Assembly: GCA_021163745.1 (NCBI GenBank)
Contig: JAGGTM010000058.1
Coordinates: forward strand, 1-37,410
DNA length: 37,410 nucleotides
DNA from: a bacterium
GTDB lineage: Bacteria > Patescibacteriota > Minisyncoccia > Portnoybacterales > JAGGTM01
Direction of reading: 5' to 3'
Every line of letters starts with the position of its first letter. Position 1 is the stretch's first letter. The notes beneath the pieces were generated by a model. It had not been told where the DNA came from. It searched no databases and saw only the letters and a list, made by a program, of their open reading frames with translations. This document shows, piece after piece, positions 33,524 to 37,410 of this stretch. Both the position numbers and the translations under genes were made by a program.

Positions 33524-34253
33524 ATAATAAATTTTTTAAATTTGCCTCTATTACATTTCCTAGAATTTCTAATCTAAATCCAGAAATAAGTTTTGTATTT
33601 TTTCTTTTTTCAATTTTTATAGGGAGTTTAATTTTTTCTGAAATAATCTCATTTATTTTTTTAAATTGCGAGTTGTTTAATGAGGTATATTCCAATGATA
33701 TATATTCTATTTTTTCTAAATTGTATTGATTTGATTCTACATTTAGATTTCGAAGATGATTTACAAGTTTTTCAAAGAAAATATTATCAATTTTTTTCCT
33801 CTGATTTGGAGTAAAATATAAGTTAAATAATTGACTAAAATTTCTTCCTATTTGTCTTTTTAGGTTCAAAATAATTTCTTTTTCTATTTCCGGTTTTTTC
33901 AACTTTAATTTTTCTTCAGTATATTTTATCACTCTTTTTATCTCATTTTCTGCCTCTTTTTGGGATGATTTTCTTATTTTAAAAGCAATTTCTTCTGCTT
34001 CTTTTATAATTTCTTCTGCCCTTTGTCTTGCTTTTTTTATTTCATTTTCTTTCAGTATTCTAAATTCTTCCTTTTCTTTTTTTAACTTTTCTTGTTGAAT
34101 TTTTGCTTGCTGAAGCTGGTTTTCCTCTTCTTCTATTTTCTTTATAATTGGCTTGTAAAGAAGTTTTTTAAGTAATAATAAAAGTATCCCAAAGTTTATT
34201 ATTTGAGCAATTAGAAGCTTAATATCTATACCCAATTTTCCTAAGAAATGCAT
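33495..34253 (-). CDS. atpF: Fused ATP synthase b (N-terminal) and delta/OSCP-like (C-terminal) subunit
   Basis: N-terminal TM helix plus long charged helix (b-like). C-terminal KLISGFRLEILGNVIEANLKNLL matches the delta C-terminal pattern LIGG..i..G..viD.S....L. There is no separate atpH ORF in the operon. Confidence 0.7.
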   Translation of the reverse strand: MHFLGKLGIDIKLLIAQIINFGILLLLLKKLLYKPIIKKIEEEENQLQQAKIQQEKLKKEKEEFRILKENEIKKARQRAEEIIKEAEEIAFKIRKSSQKEAENEIKRVIKYTEEKLKLKKPEIEKEIILNLKRQIGRNFSQLFNLYFTPNQRKKIDNIFFEKLVNHLRNLNVESNQYNLEKIEYISLEYTSLNNSQFKKINEIISEKIKLPIKIEKRKNTKLISGFRLEILGNVIEANLKNLLYEASKIKQK

Positions 34254-34254
34254 T

Positions 34255-34470
34255 TTAAGAGACGAATTTTAGAATTAATGCAACTACTAATGCATAAATT
34301 GCTATTGCTTCTGCAAAGGCAATTGCAATTATCATAGTAATCTGGATTTTAGAAGAATTTTCTGGATTTCTTGCCATAGCAATTAATGCAGCAGCCCCGA
34401 TTATTCCAATAGCCAAACCCGGTCCTATAGTCCCTATTGCCATTGTAAATGCTGATGGATGTGTTAGCAT
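34255..34470 (-). CDS. atpE: Fo ATP synthase c subunit
   Basis: Two-helix hairpin with GPGLAIGIIG, the loop ARNPE and the carboxylate helix AFAEAIAIYALVVALIL. Confidence 0.9.
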   Translation of the reverse strand: MLTHPSAFTMAIGTIGPGLAIGIIGAAALIAMARNPENSSKIQITMIIAIAFAEAIAIYALVVALILKFVS

Positions 34471-34513
34471 AGATTTTAAAATTATGTTATATATTAGCGA
34501 CCTTTAAGATAGT

Positions 34514-35245
34514 TTAGTGTAAAACTATGCTTGTTTTTATAAAAGTTAAAGTTAGCATCGCAAAAATAAATGCCTGAATTATTCCTACAAATACTTCTAA
34601 AATCATAAATGGAACAGGTAAAATATAAGGAACTAAAAAGGCAATTATAATAAGAAGTACTTCTCCGCCGAATATATTTCCAAATAATCGGAAGGAAAAA
34701 GAAAGAATTTTTGTTGCTTCTGAAATTAGTTCAAAAAATCCTAATATAAATTTTATTGGACTAGAAATATTTAAAAATTTAGAGATATATTTTTTAATTC
34801 CCAACACAGATATAGAGAAAAATTGTATATATACAACAGAAAAAATTGCTAATGCTAAAGTGGTATTTAAATCACTATTTGGAGAGCGAAGGAGAGGGAA
34901 ATTTCCTTTGGGGGTTTTTACAAATAAAGAACCAAGAAATCCAGGCATTAAAGCAAGAAGATTTGCGCTTATAATAAACAAGAAAAATGTTGCTACTATA
35001 GGAAGTATTTTTTTAGAAATGCTTCTTTTTCCTGTTATGGAATCAATTATTTTTAATAGTTCAAAAATTATTATCTTTATTCCTTTGCTAATAAGGAAAT
35101 TTTTACTCCTTTTTTTGAAAATATAACTTATTAAGGATAAAATTATCAAAATACCTGTTACCAAAAAAGAAGTGATAATAGTGTTACTTAAAAAAATATT
35201 TCCAAATTTTAGTATATATTCTGGCTGAAAATTAATGTGAATCAT
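34514..35245 (-). CDS. atpB: Fo ATP synthase a subunit
   Basis: Polytopic, with FSFRLFGNIFGGE (conserved Arg motif) and the C-terminal QAFIFAMLT. Confidence 0.9.
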   Translation of the reverse strand: MIHINFQPEYILKFGNIFLSNTIITSFLVTGILIILSLISYIFKKRSKNFLISKGIKIIIFELLKIIDSITGKRSISKKILPIVATFFLFIISANLLALMPGFLGSLFVKTPKGNFPLLRSPNSDLNTTLALAIFSVVYIQFFSISVLGIKKYISKFLNISSPIKFILGFFELISEATKILSFSFRLFGNIFGGEVLLIIIAFLVPYILPVPFMILEVFVGIIQAFIFAMLTLTFIKTSIVLH

Positions 35246-35462
35246 ATTTTTCTATTAGAGGAACAATTAAATGGTAGGTTTCATATATAGAAGTTATAAT
35301 TCCTATTATAATTCCTCCTATAAGGAAGAATGGATGGGTGTGGAAAAATTTATCCAAGTAAAATCCTAAAAATATAAATCCTGCTAATGGTATAGCAATT
35401 AAAAATCCTAATTGCCACGCAAAAGAAATAGCATAGAATATTTTAATATTATATTTTTTCAT
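35232..35462 (-). CDS. AtpZ/AtpI-like small membrane protein (first gene of the atp operon)
   Basis: 76 aa, two TM helices. Position and size are typical of AtpZ/AtpI. Overlaps the atpB start. Confidence 0.6.
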   Translation of the reverse strand: MKKYNIKIFYAISFAWQLGFLIAIPLAGFIFLGFYLDKFFHTHPFFLIGGIIIGIITSIYETYHLIVPLIEKYDSH

Positions 35463-35526
35463 TTATTTTATTTTAACACAAATCTATTTATTGCTCCAGA
35501 GAGTTTGGATAAACTTAAAATCCGGC

Positions 35527-35552
35527 ACAATGGCCGGATTTTAAGTTTTTCT
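35527..35552. terminator. Symmetric terminator hairpin between the hypothetical gene pair and the atp operon
   Basis: AAAATCCGGC-acaatg-GCCGGATTTT. Confidence 0.6.
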
Positions 35553-35569
35553 TTTAAACTATATCTCAG

Positions 35570-36397
35570 TTAGCCCATATTCTTTAACTCCTTTACAATC
35601 TCTATAAGCTTCTTATGCGCTTGCTTAAGAAATGAGTTTACCTGTTTTGCAAACTGATGTACTTGGGAAAAAAATTGGTTTGCCTCTTTTAGATTGGAAA
35701 TTCCTTCGCATTTCTCTTTAATTTCTTCACATTTTTCTTTTGCTAATTCAATTTTCTTATTAAACTCATTAAGATATTCTTCTAATTTAGAAGTATCTTT
35801 GCCTTCTTCTTTTAATTTTTCTATTTTATCGGATATTCTTTCTGATACATTTTCAAATCTTTCAATTGTCCATGATAATCTTGCTCGCCAGATTTTACAG
35901 ATTATTCTTTTCATTCTTATTCTATGATTTTTCCAATATTCCCTTATTTGTTTTGCTGTGGTTTTTATTTCCTCAGGAGATGCATTCGGTATTTCCGATT
36001 TCTTTGAAGAAAGCCAGTTAATATCTTGTTCTATTTCTGCTATTATATTTTGCCTTTCTGTATCTGAAATTCCTCTTCTGTTGGATATCCATCTTTTTAA
36101 TGCTTCCAGTCGTTTGATTAAAACATCTATTATTTTCTCAAGGAACAATTTCGCTCTTTTCTGATAGATAGATTTATTTTCTGAATTTCTAAGCTTCCTA
36201 TATTTCTCTCTCGCGCTTATAAACTGCTGTCTAAAACTCTTATAGAAATTTACCTCCCTCAAATATTGTTCTTTTGCTTGTTTATATCTTTGTTTAATTT
36301 CTTTATCTTTTTCTCTTATACCTTTTGCATTGACGCAAGATAAAGCGACAATTGCTCCCATTATGCTTATGATGATGATTTTAAATAGTTTTTTCAT
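35570..36397 (-). CDS. Hypothetical secreted all-helical basic protein
   Basis: Signal peptide MKKLFKIIIISIMGAIVALSCVNA, then a Lys/Arg/Glu-rich helical sequence. Its start overlaps the upstream stop (ATGA). Confidence 0.55.
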   Translation of the reverse strand: MKKLFKIIIISIMGAIVALSCVNAKGIREKDKEIKQRYKQAKEQYLREVNFYKSFRQQFISAREKYRKLRNSENKSIYQKRAKLFLEKIIDVLIKRLEALKRWISNRRGISDTERQNIIAEIEQDINWLSSKKSEIPNASPEEIKTTAKQIREYWKNHRIRMKRIICKIWRARLSWTIERFENVSERISDKIEKLKEEGKDTSKLEEYLNEFNKKIELAKEKCEEIKEKCEGISNLKEANQFFSQVHQFAKQVNSFLKQAHKKLIEIVKELKNMG

Positions 36398-36777
36398 AGA
36401 TTTGATAAGGAGGAGTCTAAATTATCCAACGAAGAATCATCCCCCAGTTCGTTTAATTCACTTAGGTCATTTGAAAGATTGTTCAGTTCAGATTCCAACT
36501 CATTTTCCAGATTTTCTAGGGAAGCATTGGACAAATTATTTTCAGGTTCTTGTGGTTCCGATAATTCGGTTAGGTCTTCGTCTAAATTTTCTAATTGGGC
36601 ATCTGTGCCAAGTTCTTCTAATTCGGAGATATCTTTGCTGATTTCCGTTAGTTTATCTTCCAGTTGTCGTGTTTCTGTCACGCTCCATTTCTTTTTTGAT
36701 GTCAACCAATAAATACCTATTATTGCTAAAGCAGCAATTATAATCAAGCTAATCCAGATAAGTGCCTTTTTCTTCAT
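36394..36777 (-). CDS. Hypothetical membrane-anchored, highly acidic Leu/Asp/Glu/Asn/Ser repeat protein
   Basis: Likely start is MKKKALIWISLIIIAALAIIGIYWL (ATG 36777; the track start at 36897 seems too far upstream). The tail has repeated L(S/E)xL motifs (LENLENELESELNNLSNDLSELNELGDDSSLDNLDSSLSNL). Confidence 0.5.
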   Translation of the reverse strand: MKKKALIWISLIIIAALAIIGIYWLTSKKKWSVTETRQLEDKLTEISKDISELEELGTDAQLENLDEDLTELSEPQEPENNLSNASLENLENELESELNNLSNDLSELNELGDDSSLDNLDSSLSNL

Positions 36778-37053
36778 AGTTTTACTTTGAATAAATGCCG
36801 ACCTTTTTAGAGAATGTGTTCTTTTTTTCATAATTATTGAACGAAAAAGTTGAGAAATTGGGAAATTTCGTCTCGTTTCGCAACTCAAAAGTGACAAAAC
36901 GGAATTTCCTCTGTCCGTTTTTTTCTTCTATAATAATAACAAGAAGTTAATTCTATGTCTACCCTATGTAATCTGAAATTGTGAGTTATTTAAAATTACT
37001 TTAACTTTACGGTGTAGATTTGTGATTAATCTTAGTATGCTCACAGTCAGGGG

Positions 37054-37082
37054 TTGACAGATTAAGGGAAGGATGATAGTAT
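37054..37082 (+). promoter_or_regulatory. Promoter candidate TTGACA-17-TAGTAT
   Basis: TTGACA at 37054-37059 and TAGTAT at 37077-37082. A perfect inverted repeat AAACTTTT-tat-AAAAGTTT follows, about 37108-37126. Confidence 0.35.
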
Positions 37083-37154
37083 AAAAGTATACTATTAGTA
37101 TTAGTAAACTTTTTATAAAAGTTTGCTAATATAAATATATAATTGAATACTATT

Positions 37155-37410
37155 ATGGATTTTAGAGAAATAATAAAAGAACAAAGAGAGGAATTAGAAT
37201 CCATAGAAAAAAGAGAGAGGATAATAAAAAGAGAGTTTTTAGATAAAGCAAAGAAGTTTTTGAAATACCCAAATATTTTGGTAATTACTGGAGTGAGACG
37301 TTGTGGAAAATCTGTCTTTTCTTATTTATTGGCTAAAGAAAATAGGTTTGGTTATATAAATTTTGATGATGAGAGATTATCAAGTGTAAAATCAGAAGAT
37401 CTTAATAAAA
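37155..37410 (+). CDS. AAA-type ATPase (COG1373-like, the family that usually carries a DUF4143 C-terminal domain); 3' end cut by the window edge
   Basis: ATG at 37155, open to the window end. MDFREIIKEQREELESIEKRERIIKREFLDKAKKFLKYPNILVITGVRRCGKSVFSYLL carries the P-loop ITGVRRCGKS typical of this family. It has no stop in the window, so it is absent from the ORF track. Confidence 0.7.
   Translation, partial: MDFREIIKEQREELESIEKRERIIKREFLDKAKKFLKYPNILVITGVRRCGKSVFSYLLAKENRFGYINFDDERLSSVKSEDLNK

Overview
AT-rich, tightly packed, mostly housekeeping bacterial window that uses the standard genetic code (pnp ends in TGA). By inference only, the gene content and small protein sizes fit a reduced-genome Patescibacteria/CPR-like organism. 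About 38 protein genes can be called. On the + strand: polX, rpsO, an NYN-domain gene, pnp, a RelE/ParE-type toxin-antitoxin pair, a DksA/TraR-like gene, Nudix, tsaC, comM, glmS, ybaB, uvrD, holA, ileS, yvcK, a KH-domain gene, trmD, nnrD, sufC, sufBD and a split permease. On the - strand: tRNA-Leu(CAA), a LysM/CHAP hydrolase and a complete F1Fo ATP synthase operon. I found no CRISPR array, transposase, integrase, phage genes or recognisable defence island. The unusual content is non-coding. (1) Three long intergenic islands (6577-6815, 18907-19514, 26613-26986) and a small one (8990-9113) are built from a shared set of 7-10 nt tandem repeats and GC-rich palindromes. The modules are reused in different order and orientation, and one composite lies in frame inside ileS. 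(2) A conserved hairpin family sits just after stop codons of + strand genes. (3) A C-rich/G-rich multi-hairpin leader can sequester the sufC Shine-Dalgarno sequence. (4) There are two promoter-to-terminator ncRNA candidates, one of them a convergent antisense pair. (5) Several genes have sigma70-like -10 boxes 6-10 nt from the ATG, which implies leaderless mRNAs. (6) The ATP synthase operon has a b-delta fusion and a short epsilon ORF that has no canonical start codon and is missing from the ORF track. All calls come from reading the sequence by eye. No searches or folding programs were run.
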